Positions 22,690 through 34,300 of a stretch of 64,000 bases of DNA are shown here, piece by piece. Both the position numbers and the translations under genes were made by a program. Source of the DNA: Macrostomum hystrix (Eukaryota; Animalia; Platyhelminthes). Below the pieces are notes generated by a model, which was not told the DNA's origin, did not search any database, and saw only the letters and a program-made list of their open reading frames with translations. The stretch is from NCBI GenBank assembly GCA_950097015.1, contig CATNEN010000031.1:558001-622000 (forward strand), in the 5' to 3' direction. The first letter of the stretch is position 1, and every line of letters starts with the position of its first letter.

Positions 22690-23761
22690 TCTATCACTAG
22701 GTTTCGAGTGCGTAAATAGTCTTGGCACGAGTGCGCGTAGCGTTAAATCTACCATTAACCAGTCGAAACTTCCTCAAGCGCCCATTCCCAGCACATAGAA
22801 AAAGCAGTCCCACAGGCTGCTCCGCAAAAATTGCTGTCGTATTGAACTTGGTGTGAACTTTGCGCTGCTGCTGCAACTGCAACGCTCTCGAAAATAGTAG
22901 ACCTCACCAACTATATCGGCTGGTGCAGAAGGGTCAGCACCAGTGGAAGGGTCGGCACGCCACGCTCGTAGCTACTCAGACAGTGGCCCAGCAGCATCCG
23001 GCTTCTCCAGAAAAGGCTGCGCCGTGGCCAGGGGCAATATCACAATTGTTTTCGACTTTTGACGCTGACATGCTGGCCCTCGGACTCTGCCCCCAGTCCA
23101 CTGCGACCTGTCCCTCACCTGTATTGCAAACGCATGCGGGCAAGGCTGTGCTCTCTGCTTAGTGATATATACTCGTTTGTCCTATCAAAATAAAATAAGC
23201 TCGTATTATCGTGATATATAAACTGTCTCGTTATCAGTTTTGTTTTAGCTGTAATAACAAACCCCGCTTTGTAAATGAACTTTTGTGCTAACTGCAACAT
23301 TACTCACCTAAAAAATGGTATCACTCGAATATAGCGAACGATGCGAGTACACGTAAGTCTTGTACCAGGTCTACAGCGCTCTTTACAGAGAAGTCTGTAA
23401 AGAGAATTCTTTTTTGTTTTTCTACTTAATATTAGCATGTTGTAATGATTCTGTGAACATGCAAGCTTACAAAGAATGCACAAAAATTCAATTATTATAA
23501 GAAACAGTCCGAGCATCATATATATATATCTGGTGCTTTTCATTTCATTGGGAGACACGGCTATAAAAGCCTTGCTAGATAAACAAACAGATTCCAGCAA
23601 CAAGGATAGCTCTTTTGAAGTCACATTTCCAAGAAAATCTCCTGAATACAACAGATACAGTACGAATTCCAACGTCTTCCTATTTAGCAATGAGAGTCAC
23701 AATTAACCATAAATAGCCATCGCGGAGTCAACGAAGGAAACTACTCGTAGTTCTAAAAATA

Positions 23762-24190
23762 TTATTCCGCGGCACCTTCTGTGGATCGTGCCCGCTGACG
23801 GCTATTGTTATCGCCTGTCGGTGACACTTGTGGCTGATTAGCTTGCTTCGAAGCCTCCGAAAATTGTTCATCAGAATTGCTCACTTGCTCATCGACGCAG
23901 TCCTGGGCATCGGTGGAACCGGGCTCATTTCTAGCGTTCGTCTCCTCGTCAGGTTCGCCATTAAGCTGCAGCTCTGTCCATAGAATTGACGGGTGGAGGA
24001 TCACGCTTACAACGTAACTAACAGCCGAAGTAGCCACACCGCAGGTGATGCGAAGTACATCCCAGATGTTATAAGTACCCAGCATCCACTGCAGCATTAG
24101 CATGGAGAAGCTGTCGAGTGCATTGTCCACGGGCTTAACAAACTTTGCGTGGAATACTTTCCATGCGCTGTAGAGAAATTCGCCAGCCAT
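23762..24190 (-). CDS. Hypothetical ORF (142 aa; hydrophobic N-half, acidic C-half)
   Basis: ATG at 24190 and protein-like composition. No recognisable domain; could be an exon or a remnant. Confidence 0.25.
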   Translation of the reverse strand: MAGEFLYSAWKVFHAKFVKPVDNALDSFSMLMLQWMLGTYNIWDVLRITCGVATSAVSYVVSVILHPSILWTELQLNGEPDEETNARNEPGSTDAQDCVDEQVSNSDEQFSEASKQANQPQVSPTGDNNSRQRARSTEGAAE

Positions 24191-25158
24191 TCTTGGTGCC
24201 CTGCTTTGAAAGAACAATATCCCAATTTGAAAAGAGTATATTGACTATAGAAAAAGGGGTCTAGAAAAACAGCTCTAGATATTCTTCCTCAGATCAGTTC
24301 AAGCCATTTGATTTACAATCGAAGGCGCCACATTTGGTCGTAAATTTATTTCCTTCCTGAGGGAATGTACTCGTCACAACTAGATCGATATCGAGTCTAC
24401 TGATTTCTGCTGCATGAATATATAGCTTCCGACCACGAGTGCACGCTGCCTTGCTTCATTCCAACTACTCTGCCAGGGAAAGCAAAAAGACTTCTGTGTG
24501 CTGCTTCGGTTTAGAATGCGAAATAAAATTCAAGGCACTGTATAAGACTCTTTAATCTTCGAGTCCGAAATATACCCACAAGGGTGACCCACAAAGGGGA
24601 CACTGCTTCGACTGAACTGAAAATGCTGTGAGAATCTACTCCTAATTAGAAATATTTTAAACTAGATTAAATGAGTATATAGATCCCGTTCCTATCTGCT
24701 GTTTTTGCTGCCTCTTTTCAAATAAACAATGCCGCCGCATAATCTAGAAACCAAGCTTTTTTAATACAGCAAACTGCACAGTACAGTAAACGATGGCCCT
24801 TTTGTAATGCATATTGTACATGTGCATACAGAATAATGACGTCCGTATTTAATAGTCGCATTTCGTCGACTTACCTTAATGAATTAGACGAAATTAGAGA
24901 TTCTTCAAGCTTCTTCCGTAGTACAAATTCTCTTCTTAAAACTTAACTTCCTAAAACGATGTTCTAACCATGGAGTAGAACGAATAGTTGTTTTAAACTT
25001 CAAACTTTGAATCTCAAGCTTCAAGCTAGCTGCAAACTTTAACGGAATGCGAAGATCTGAAATTCAATCTCCTTGGTCGTATACACCTTTTCACATTCAA
25101 TTTTGCTGAAATTCCAGTTCTAAAAAACTTGCGGATATTCAATTCAGACACTTTGAGC

Positions 25159-25252
25159 CACAGATTCTATAATACCTATTATATTATTCTGGCGGACGCA
25201 GTTTCTATTGCAAATTCGATGAGTGACCAATCTAGGTAATATAGAATCTGTG
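25159..25252. mobile_element. 94-bp micro-MITE with 20-bp TIRs and 8-bp TSD
   Basis: TIR CACAGATTCTATAATACCTA / TAGGTAATATAGAATCTGTG (19/20 match). TSD CTTTGAGC at 25151-25158 and 25253-25260. Absent from the opposite arm of the host inverted repeat. Confidence 0.8.
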
Positions 25253-25986
25253 CTTTGAGCTATGGGTCAGTGCTTACGGAAAATCAATTGAAACAGGCAC
25301 CCTTTCAAAAGCATCAAGATCCGTTCAATTCAAACTATAGGCTTTATTGTCTACGGCAAAATCTCTCTTGCAGGAAGGTGAAAGAATGCTTTGAAAAACT
25401 TCAATAGAAACTGAGTTGTTTCAAAAGAAACTTAATGACGACATAGGTTCATGTCAACGAATACTTGTACAACAGATGGAACGAGTGAGTGAATAAATTA
25501 ATCAAAGAATGTATGAACGACTAAATGAGTTAGTTTTTGAATGAATAAATACATAGTAAAATAAATCAAAAGAATGAAATAATACGAGTTTTACGTCTTA
25601 TTTTACGTTTTACGTCGAGTTTTACGAACTAAACCGGCTAGCCATCAATGGCTTGCCGAGCCAGACATCGTGGCACGTAAGTGAACACGTGCTTAAACCA
25701 AACGCGTGATTAAACTTTCATTTGAAAGTCATCCGCATCGTATTTGCCATCCTCCTCCATGAGATCGTCTGCATCTTCTTCGTCAATGTCAGCAAACAGG
25801 ATTTTTTGACTTTTTGAGAAGGAGCATGTCTTTTTTAATTTCTTCTAAACCATGCCATGCAGTCACTTATAGCAAAACTTTTGACCATTATACTGCATTG
25901 CATAAGTTTTTATTGAAATTACCGTGTTTCGTTTGAAATAGCTATAGTTCTTATTGATTTTCTGCTAACTTCCTAGCTGGCCAGAT

Positions 25987-26219
25987 CAGTGGCGGCGCAG
26001 GACCTCCAGCTGGGGGGGGCGGTGGTTGGGTGGTCAACCCCCCGGCCACCAAAAAAAGGTCTCAGGTGACCACCCACATGCCCCATCATGGGGTGACCAC
26101 ACTTTTGAAAAAATATGGTAAAGTACCAATTTTTTTAAGTGGGTGGTCACCCCCTGAGGGTGGTGAGGGGTGGTCACCCGGGGGCAGCCCGCCCCCCCGC
26201 CCCCCCTGCGCCGCCACTG
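25987..26219. mobile_element. 233-bp hAT-like MITE
   Basis: TIR CAGTGGCGGCGCAGG / CCTGCGCCGCCACTG. 8-bp TSD GGCCAGAT at 25979-25986 and 26220-26227. Repeated GGTGACC/GGTCACC subterminal motifs. Confidence 0.9.
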
Positions 26220-28073
26220 GGCCAGATTTTTCCAAAGACAAAAAGGCGAGTTTGAATTGAACGTGCTCTGTTGCTTTTGAAACGGTGCCTGCTTCTATTA
26301 ATTTTCCGTAAGCACTACTGACCATAGCTCAAAGTGTCTAAATTGAATTTCCGCTAGTTTTTTTGCGTGAAAAGGTGTAGAACGTATGAAAATGTCTACA
26401 TTTTTCTGTATTTATAGATAATAGGTTGTTTTAGTAGATCTTCCTCTTCTACTCTCACGAAGAAACTCCACAAGCGTTTTTGTCATAAAATTTTACTAAC
26501 GTTTCTATTGAAGTGTCTGTCTCTCTTTTCAAGTTTCAGTGTTTTGATTCTGTCAAAATCTGGCCAAGACTACTAATAAAAGTTTTATTGAACCGGCTCT
26601 TTTGTTAAAGAAAGGGACTCTGTTCTTATTGATTTTCTTGAAGCTATGGGCCAGCTCCGCTGGTTTTTTTAGAATGCGAATTTGGTCAAAATGTGGTAAA
26701 AAGGTGAAAGTAGTTAGACTCCAGCAATGGTCCTAATTATTAGTCCATAGTCGAGACAGCCTCGAGGCCATTCAATGCCACCTCGGGTTTTCTAACACGA
26801 GATAGTAGTACAGTAGAGATGTAGTAGTAGACTGATGTAGTAGAGAATGGCTATGTCGAGTGCACAAATGCTTTTGACCGAGGACGCTGTTTTATGATCC
26901 TTTGGGCTCGGTTTTTGAACAGTTTTTGCTATAGGGTGGTGTATTCCTGGCTCAAAATGCGCCCTTAAACTTAAAGTAGTAAGATACAATATAATTTTTG
27001 GCGATTTTAATATCAGATACGACGGTTCATTCTTACGTCTTCGGCTCTAGCCTTACAAGCAGTTGAATGGCCGTCAATGTCAATGTGATTACTAGTAGAC
27101 TATATTGTATGGCACAATAGACCATACACGAGTATTAGTTGTGTAATCTTGTTAGTGTATTCTAGTATCGGTGTCAATGTTTAAGCCTCACTTAAAAATA
27201 ACGGTAGAAAACACAAAAAAACGCTTTCATTTTGCAGGAAGTTTACATCAAAATGTAACATTTAGCATTCCGGTGATTTTATTAAAGATTTTCTTCTTTT
27301 TACATAAGAAGTTTACATAATTACAGGCAAGACATTTAAATATAAAAGAAAGCAAACCACTTCGTATTAGCTAATACGTTTTTTATTGTATTGTCAGCTG
27401 CTCGCTTGTTCAAATGATCATGCATGCTATTACGTTTCCGAGAACAACACATTTAAACGAACAATTTTGACATTTTTAACATGCGACCGATGAGACAAAA
27501 ACATTCGGCTAGCTGCTATTATATTAGGCATCATAAAGCAAAATTGTTGTTAAACACCAAAGTATTGATAATAATAAACAAAAATTGCTGTTTCAAACGA
27601 ATCATATTGTTAGTAGAGTTTACAGAATAAATGTTATATTATTTTATTAGGCCCTTCTGATTACTAAATTGTCTGTACAGAAAGTACTAGTGGGACTTAT
27701 GTCTTTTGTTTGACTGTCGGGGAACATCGTCAAAGCGGAACGTGTCAGCTTTCATTTGACTCCAATAATATTTTGTTTGGACACTCACTAAATTTCAAAA
27801 AATGAAAACCGAAAGTGAAAAAATGAAATTGCATTAAGTCATGTAAGTCAAGAGTCACCAAGGGTAAAAGTGCGCAATCCAGTATAAGACATGGCACCAC
27901 ATCTAGTTCAAAAGATAGGGCGTAAGTATTGAATATATTATCACAGGTTCAATGTATGGCATGAAATTCAAGCTTGCAAATGACCAATGTACTATTGATG
28001 GTATTAATGTGGCCTTCTGGTTTGTTTGGGTCTTAGAAGTTCATAGTGTTAGACAGCCAGGTGGTTTGTATGT

Positions 28074-28509
28074 GGTCCCAGGTCATTTCGGTGACAAGAC
28101 ATTTCGGTGACAGAATTGGTCAGTTCGGTGACAACTATTTTTGCACCTAAATATGCTGAGAAAACAGCCTTCCACGATCCAGCAGCTGCTTAAAGCCTGC
28201 ACTCGCTTTGTCAATCCAAAACTTGAAAAATGATTATTATACACATTTAATTAGGAACAAATAACTATTGAAACTATTGACTACTCATTAAATAATTTAA
28301 TAATTTAACTCATTTAAAGTAAAACCCAGACTTAATCAGAGCGATGCAGCTTCTTATTAATACTTTTAGCATTATTTAATTAATATTTTATATGTGTGCA
28401 TAGGTAAAATGGAAGGCAGTTTTTTAGCATATTTAGGTGCAAAAATAGTTGTCACAAATCTGACCAATTGTGTCACTGAAATGTCTTGTCACCGAAATGA
28501 CCTGGGACC
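28074..28509. mobile_element. 436-bp MITE with ~100-bp TIRs and 8-bp TSD (Merlin/MULE-like GG ends)
   Basis: GGTCCCAGGTCATTTCGGTGACAAGACATTTCGGTGAC...GCACCTAAATATGCT mirrored at 28390-28509. TSD TTGTATGT at 28066-28073 and 28510-28517. Confidence 0.88.
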
Positions 28510-28970
28510 TTGTATGTTGTGGGCTACCCACAATTTAATTTAGAGTGGGAAACTGAAGTGGGAAGCTATGCCAACTAAAGCTTTATTATAAGACAGACAC
28601 CCTCAATGTTTTGATTATTTGGTCATAACTTTTAAGGTAAGTGTCCAAACAATAACAATAGTGTTGGAGTCAAGCAAAAGCTGAAATATGCTACTTTAAG
28701 GTGGCATAAGTGGGGTTTCTTAAACTTTAGTCTTATAAAATATGTTGGTTTTTCAAATTGACTTCAAATTCCACCTGCTTAGTGGGTTGTCAACCCATTA
28801 TCTGTTGTACTTAAAGTGTACCTTTTCAATAAAAAAATAATAATTGTTTAAGCCTGCCCCAATGGGGCCAGATGTGCGGCCAACAGCACAGCTGTAGCTA
28901 CTGCGTAGTGTATCTGAAGACTGCTTATAGCTGTTTAGTCCATGGACTAGGGGACACCATGCCCATCCCA

Positions 28971-29642
28971 TAGTCAGGAAGGTGGGAGAGTGTGCGCTGG
29001 AACAAATTTTTGCCTTTTCAAAAATTGGGCTCTGTGCGCCAACACAAAAACCCTAGTGTGCACTGTGCGCTGGCAGATAAACCCTTGTGTGCACCATTGT
29101 GTGCCCGTCACTACCTGCCTTGCGACAATAAAATACATTTTTTATAGGCCTAACATAGTAACAATTGTTTACTTTTTGTGTGACATAATATATCATATCA
29201 GGTTAATATTAATTATGAGAAATTAAGATCATTAAACTAAAATAAAAAAATCAAATTAAAAAAAATATAATTAAGATTTGATTTTTAAACAACATAAACA
29301 CAAAAACTTAGCTAATGGCAAAAATAAATCTAAAAGAGAATTCATCTTTCATATTTTATTTTACTTTCTGCATTTTATTTTGCAAGAATACAATGTCATA
29401 CTAGATAGGGGGCCTAGAACAGTGAATAGTGTACTGTAACGAGTAACAACTTATATAATTTCATGGTTAACACTGCATGTGGCACGGCGATGGCGGCACC
29501 TACTGCCATGCACCGGTGTCCTCCTGTGTGCGCCCACTGTGTGCCACTGTGTGCCATTGTGCAACGCAGTGCACCAATGTGTGCCAAAAAAATTGAGTGT
29601 GTGCGCCGGAGTTTTCCAACCAAACTGCCACCTTCCTGACTA
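28971..29642. mobile_element. Putative non-autonomous DNA element with 15-bp TIRs
   Basis: TAGTCAGGAAGGTGG at 28971 and CCACCTTCCTGACTA at 29628-29642. GTGYGC/TGTGC-rich subterminal regions and an AT-rich core. No 8-bp TSD; possibly TA. Confidence 0.55.
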
Positions 29643-29669
29643 TTACAGACTTTCCTCAATTACCCCAGC

Positions 29670-29826
29670 TAATACTATTATCTATTTAACAGCTAGGTGA
29701 ACTGAACTGAAACAATGCAGAGTTAAGTGTCTTGCTAAAGGACACAAATTGTTCCAGTGGAGTTGGGAATCAAACCCCTGACCTTCAAGTTGTAAATCCA
29801 ATGCTCTAACCACTAGGCTACAACCT
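29670..29826 (-). mobile_element. tRNA-derived SINE with CORE-like central domain
   Basis: Minus strand: A box TAGCCTAGTGG and B box GGTTTGATTCC, then TTGTGTCCTTTAGCAAGACACTTAACTCTG, similar to the CORE motif TGTGACCTTGGGCAAGTCACTTAACC. Confidence 0.65.
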
Positions 29827-31379
29827 CTTAACCCTTTTAAATTATATGGTAAAGTAGTTAGTTTAAGTCTGTCTTGCATTTTATCTAAATAAAGTTTAAT
29901 TTGTGTTTAAAGTAAAGTTTAATTTAATAAAGTTATTAATTGAATATAAAATTAAATAACCTAATTTTAAGAAGAATGATGATTTATTAACTAATTAACA
30001 AAAACCTAAGCTCCATTGCAAGAATCTAGTTTTTGCTATGCATTTGTTATCATTATCCTAGTGTTTGTTTCCCACAAGGACGATGATAAAAAATTGGGTA
30101 CACACTAAAGCCTAGCACTTAGGCCCACTTGTAATTAAGATAAATAGGATTACTCCTAAATAGGCAGCCATGACTCTATTAAAGTTCAAATCTTTTCATT
30201 GTTTTTCTATGGATAAAATACCAATTCTGTGTCCCACAAAGTGTGGTCATCCAGTGCAAAGGTAGCTATTTCATAGAAAGTTGTTATGCATATACTTGTA
30301 GATAAAAAATGGGTTTATATTTTGAATTCTACACCCATAAAAAACTTCTTATGACATGGATTTATGAATCTACTAAAACTGGAACTGTTTTATTGGATTA
30401 AATTTCAAGAAGCCCCATATGTCAAGTAGCATCAGCTATTACCATGCTCTGCTATATTGACCCTTTAAAGGACTATATATAATCCTTTAAACAAAAAATG
30501 CAGCTCATTGAGTGCTTTACATGGTCACTAGGCCATATAGCCTATGAATCACCAAATAAAGAACCCTAATTTAGCTGTTTTATAGTTATTCTTTTTCTTA
30601 TATGCTGGTGCCTAATCGGTACCTTGGTACCTGTTTGTCAATTCTTTTTTAATGGCACATAAAACATTAGCCACATTGTTTAAGTTGTAACCAATTGAAT
30701 CTGTCTAATTACCCTAGAAGAACTTTGGTAGCAGCTTGTGGACTTTGTATATTTTAGAGGTAACAACTACAAAAAATGTACCCCAGCCACTAGACACCAT
30801 CAACAAACCAATTCATATAATCACAAATAAAAATGATTGGCTCCCTATGCTTAAAATTGTATAGTAGGAAGGCAAGTTTTTGCATAACAGTTCTGTTCCG
30901 AGAACTGTATATTAGGCATTAATACTTGTACCTGTTGTATTCTACAATCCTACAATGTAATATTGTTTCCAGACTTCCAGACTGTTAACTGCTGTCATTT
31001 TACTTGAATTATTATTATATAATAGCATTTTAACAATTTTATTCCTTAATCATACATTAAGGTTTAGTGACGAATTAATATAATTTTATTATATACTTTC
31101 TGCTACTTAATTTTGTGCAAATAGATTAATATGTAAATTGCTGCTTGGCAGAATTGGTTATTTATCGAATTTATTTCTATTGAGATGGTCATCTGACTTT
31201 GCTGACTTTGAGACTTGATTAGTATCAAATAATTATACTTTGATTATATGTTTTCAGGATCTAAATAAATTCGAATGACTAAGCAGACAGATTCAATACT
31301 TTAGGACAAAGCACGGAACTAAAAAGCCATTACAGTCTAGCAAATCACTCGAGTTACTTACTATTAAAATCTAAGAACC

Positions 31380-34300
31380 ATGCTGCCAGCCCTGGATCCG
31401 CTGCACATCCTGGCCCTGCACTGCAACCAGTGTCCGTTTCTAACACTGAGTGTGGCCAGACTATTCGAGCACTGCATGAGTCACAAGGAGTCCAGTGACT
31501 GCACTCTGCTGCAGTGCCAGCAGTGCGGTATTGTCGCCACGCACCGTGGCATCCTTGAGGAGCACACCCAGGCCTGGCACCCCTCTGCGCCGCTCTCAGT
31601 TAGACAAATTTCAACTACCACTGTGCAGGTAATTCATGGCTGTTTAAATTTTCTGATTTCCACATGTGCTAATCATAGCTATTAGCTAGGGTACTAAGCC
31701 ACCATTGTTTTCGATTTGCCTTCCCCTAGGCTGCTGGCTCGCACCCTGGCCAGGACCAGCAGTTTGCCCGCTACGGCTGCCAGTTCTGCAGCTATCGCAG
31801 CGACGATCATTTGAAAATAGCCCGGCACTATCTTGGTGTGCACAACGTCACCAATGTGGACCTGCACGCCAAGGCGGCCGCGGCAGAAGGCTTGAGCGAT
31901 GAGACCGGGCAACAGCAGCGAAGGCATCAGCCACAACAGCCGTCGCCTCTGTCAGCTGCCGCAGTGCAGCTGGTTCAGCTCTCGGCCGGCGCTCCGCAGC
32001 TTCAGCCGGCTTTGTCATCGTCATCGTCAGTGCATACTTCCTCCGCCTCCTCGTCCGCTGCTGCTGCTGTAGCGGCAGCAGCTGTAACTGCTTCGACATC
32101 GCCGCTGTCGACGATTCTCCCGACGGTCACACTGATCAGACAGCCAATGCAGCAGCAACAGCAGTTGCTAATTCAGCCCAGTGCCATTTCTATGACAACA
32201 ACAACGACAGTGTCTTCAACGACAGCCGCCCGCTCAGCCTCTGACGACAGCGGCTACGAGGCTGATCCGCCACTGCCGCTGCTGTCAGGCGTTGGAAAAG
32301 TCGAACTCGCTGACGATTCAGAACCAACAGCGTCTGGCGAGGAGGACTTGGTAAGCAGATTTTGGGTTCTCAACCAGAATTGTTATTTTTTAGGTTTCTC
32401 AACTAGAATCTTCAGCACTTTTTTTAATCCTCATTTTCGATTTCCAACATACCCAGATCTTCATGTTTGACCGCCATTAATTACCCTGATCCGTATCTTT
32501 GACCGCCATTTCGCTGCTTATTCTTGATAGGTAAATATCTGTAAACCGCAAGGCAGCTGATAAATTTGGTTCATGTCTAGGTCCGCATGTATCTGTCTAT
32601 GCATCCCCAGCTAATTGAAATTCCCCTTGCACCGCTCAGTCAGAAAACATTTTGAGCAAAAAAACCAGTACCCCTCTCGGTCCCTGACTGAGCGAATGCT
32701 GTTGTTGCCCCACCTCAATCCGCTTCCCTCTTATTTTCGGCAGTATTGTCGCTTCCCCCGCTGCTGTCGCGCTCCTGCTTCTGTCTTCTGCTCACCTTCC
32801 ACCGGCCCCTTCAGCTCTGTCCTGCAGTGCCGCACGGTCTGCTGGGCTGGGAGGGAGGCTTTGGGTCGGATTGCGCTTGCTTGCCTGCAAACCCCACGCA
32901 AACCGAGCGAGACCGGCCGCCACCCTGTTGGTGGCTTCCCTGTCTCCCCGTCTGTCCCCCAGGCTGCTCTCGACCCTCCGGTCCCCGTTCCCCTTTCGTG
33001 TTGTCCAAAAAGTCCCAGCCTCAGTCGGCGTTGGCTTCCCATTTCCCCTTCCTCTAACGGCCCAACCCCAGCCTCGGGGCTTTGCTGGGTACGTGACGCT
33101 CTCCCCTTCCTCCTTGGCAATGTAATGCGGGGCTGAATGGGGACAGAGGTGCACAGTGGGGCGCAGGAGAGAAATGCGGGGGTCCCCGTAGCTCTTCCCA
33201 AGCTGCCTTCTCCAGCACTAATTCTACAAGCCCTCATCCCCTCCTACGTACCCGCTTCAGAGCCTCGCCACAGCACCCTAGAGGAGGCTCTAGAAGGCTA
33301 AGGGGTGGGGGCTTGGCAAACAACAAGTTGCTTGTCGGGAGCGCGAGGACTGGCAGCGGAGGTGGCGGTACAGAGGCGAAGAAGGGACCCCGGCCGGCTT
33401 GTTTGAAGCTTTAGCTATGGAATATTAGAAATACGCGCATGCCATTGTGGGGCTTTTGCTGCGAAGTGTTCCAGGACTCCCATTCTATAGCCTTGACCCT
33501 TGACCATTAGCCTCGGCTGAAGTGCCACACAGTGTACGAGGTGGCGGCGCTTGAAGCAGCGGAACCTCCCGCTCTTGGCCTGTCATGCCCGGGGCTCTAG
33601 CCCAGCCCAGCTGATTGCAAAGGCCTTTTCAACAACAAGTCGGATTGGGCTGCTCATATAGTTATTCTTTTTACTAACATTATGCAACAAAAGAGCTTTT
33701 TTGAAAAGAACGATTGAAACGCTTTATTCTGACTAATAGTGTTAGCCATTATCGCAAAATTAAGCGCCAATTGTCGGATCTTCAGAAAACGTATGGTGCA
33801 ATAATGGGTACGAACGCAACGTACCATTCCACTAGCCCCTAGATGCGCACGCATACTCTTGGGGAACTTCTCATCTTCAGGCAGTGTACACACTCATATG
33901 CTTTGAGGCATTTGTCCGCAAAGACAGCTTTGTACTCGTATACAGATAATACAAAACAATATTATTTTATAAACTACTCAGACTACTCAGATCGCTGTCT
34001 TTTAAATCCCATTTGTTGTAATAGACCATAATTAAGCATTCGGTTAAGTTAGTGCTTTTAGTAGAGTCAGGCATGGAGAATTGCTTGGGACTATTTGCTC
34101 GGCGGGTGACTGGGCTAAAGCCCCTCGTCTTCCTGCACTGTGCGGTGCAGGCGCAACCGACTTGGATAGTGCCACGCGCCAGTCCGGCTTTTTTCAGGCG
34201 CCCTTGGCCTCCTCTCGTCCTCTCTCCCTTTCCCCTCGTCTGTCATCTCCTGTGCTCCCCAGCTCTAACCCCTAAGGCCCTAACTTCTCTCCCCCTCTCT

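Larger units (their letters stand above)
25082..26379. mobile_element. Foldback/MITE-like element with long imperfect inverted arms (25082-25336 vs 26249-26379)
   Basis: CTTTGAGCTATGGGTCAGTGCTTACGGAAAATCAATTGAAACAGGCACC...CGTTCAATTCAAACT matches the reverse complement of 26249-26334. AAAAAACTTGCGGATATTCAATTCAGACAC and TACACCTTTTCAC also match 26335-26379. Confidence 0.7.

Noticed and set aside
23304-23690. 128-aa hydrophobic minus-strand ORF
   Set aside because: AT-rich, non-ATG start and no homology I can recognise. The hydrophobicity is explained by T-rich codons.
29750-29826. Functional tRNA gene
   Set aside because: A and B boxes are present but there is no convincing acceptor-stem pairing, and it runs into a CORE-like motif. 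Treated as a SINE head.
32615-33237. Cluster of overlapping 100-170 aa ORFs
   Set aside because: GC-rich, low-complexity intronic repeat; open frames on both strands with no domain.
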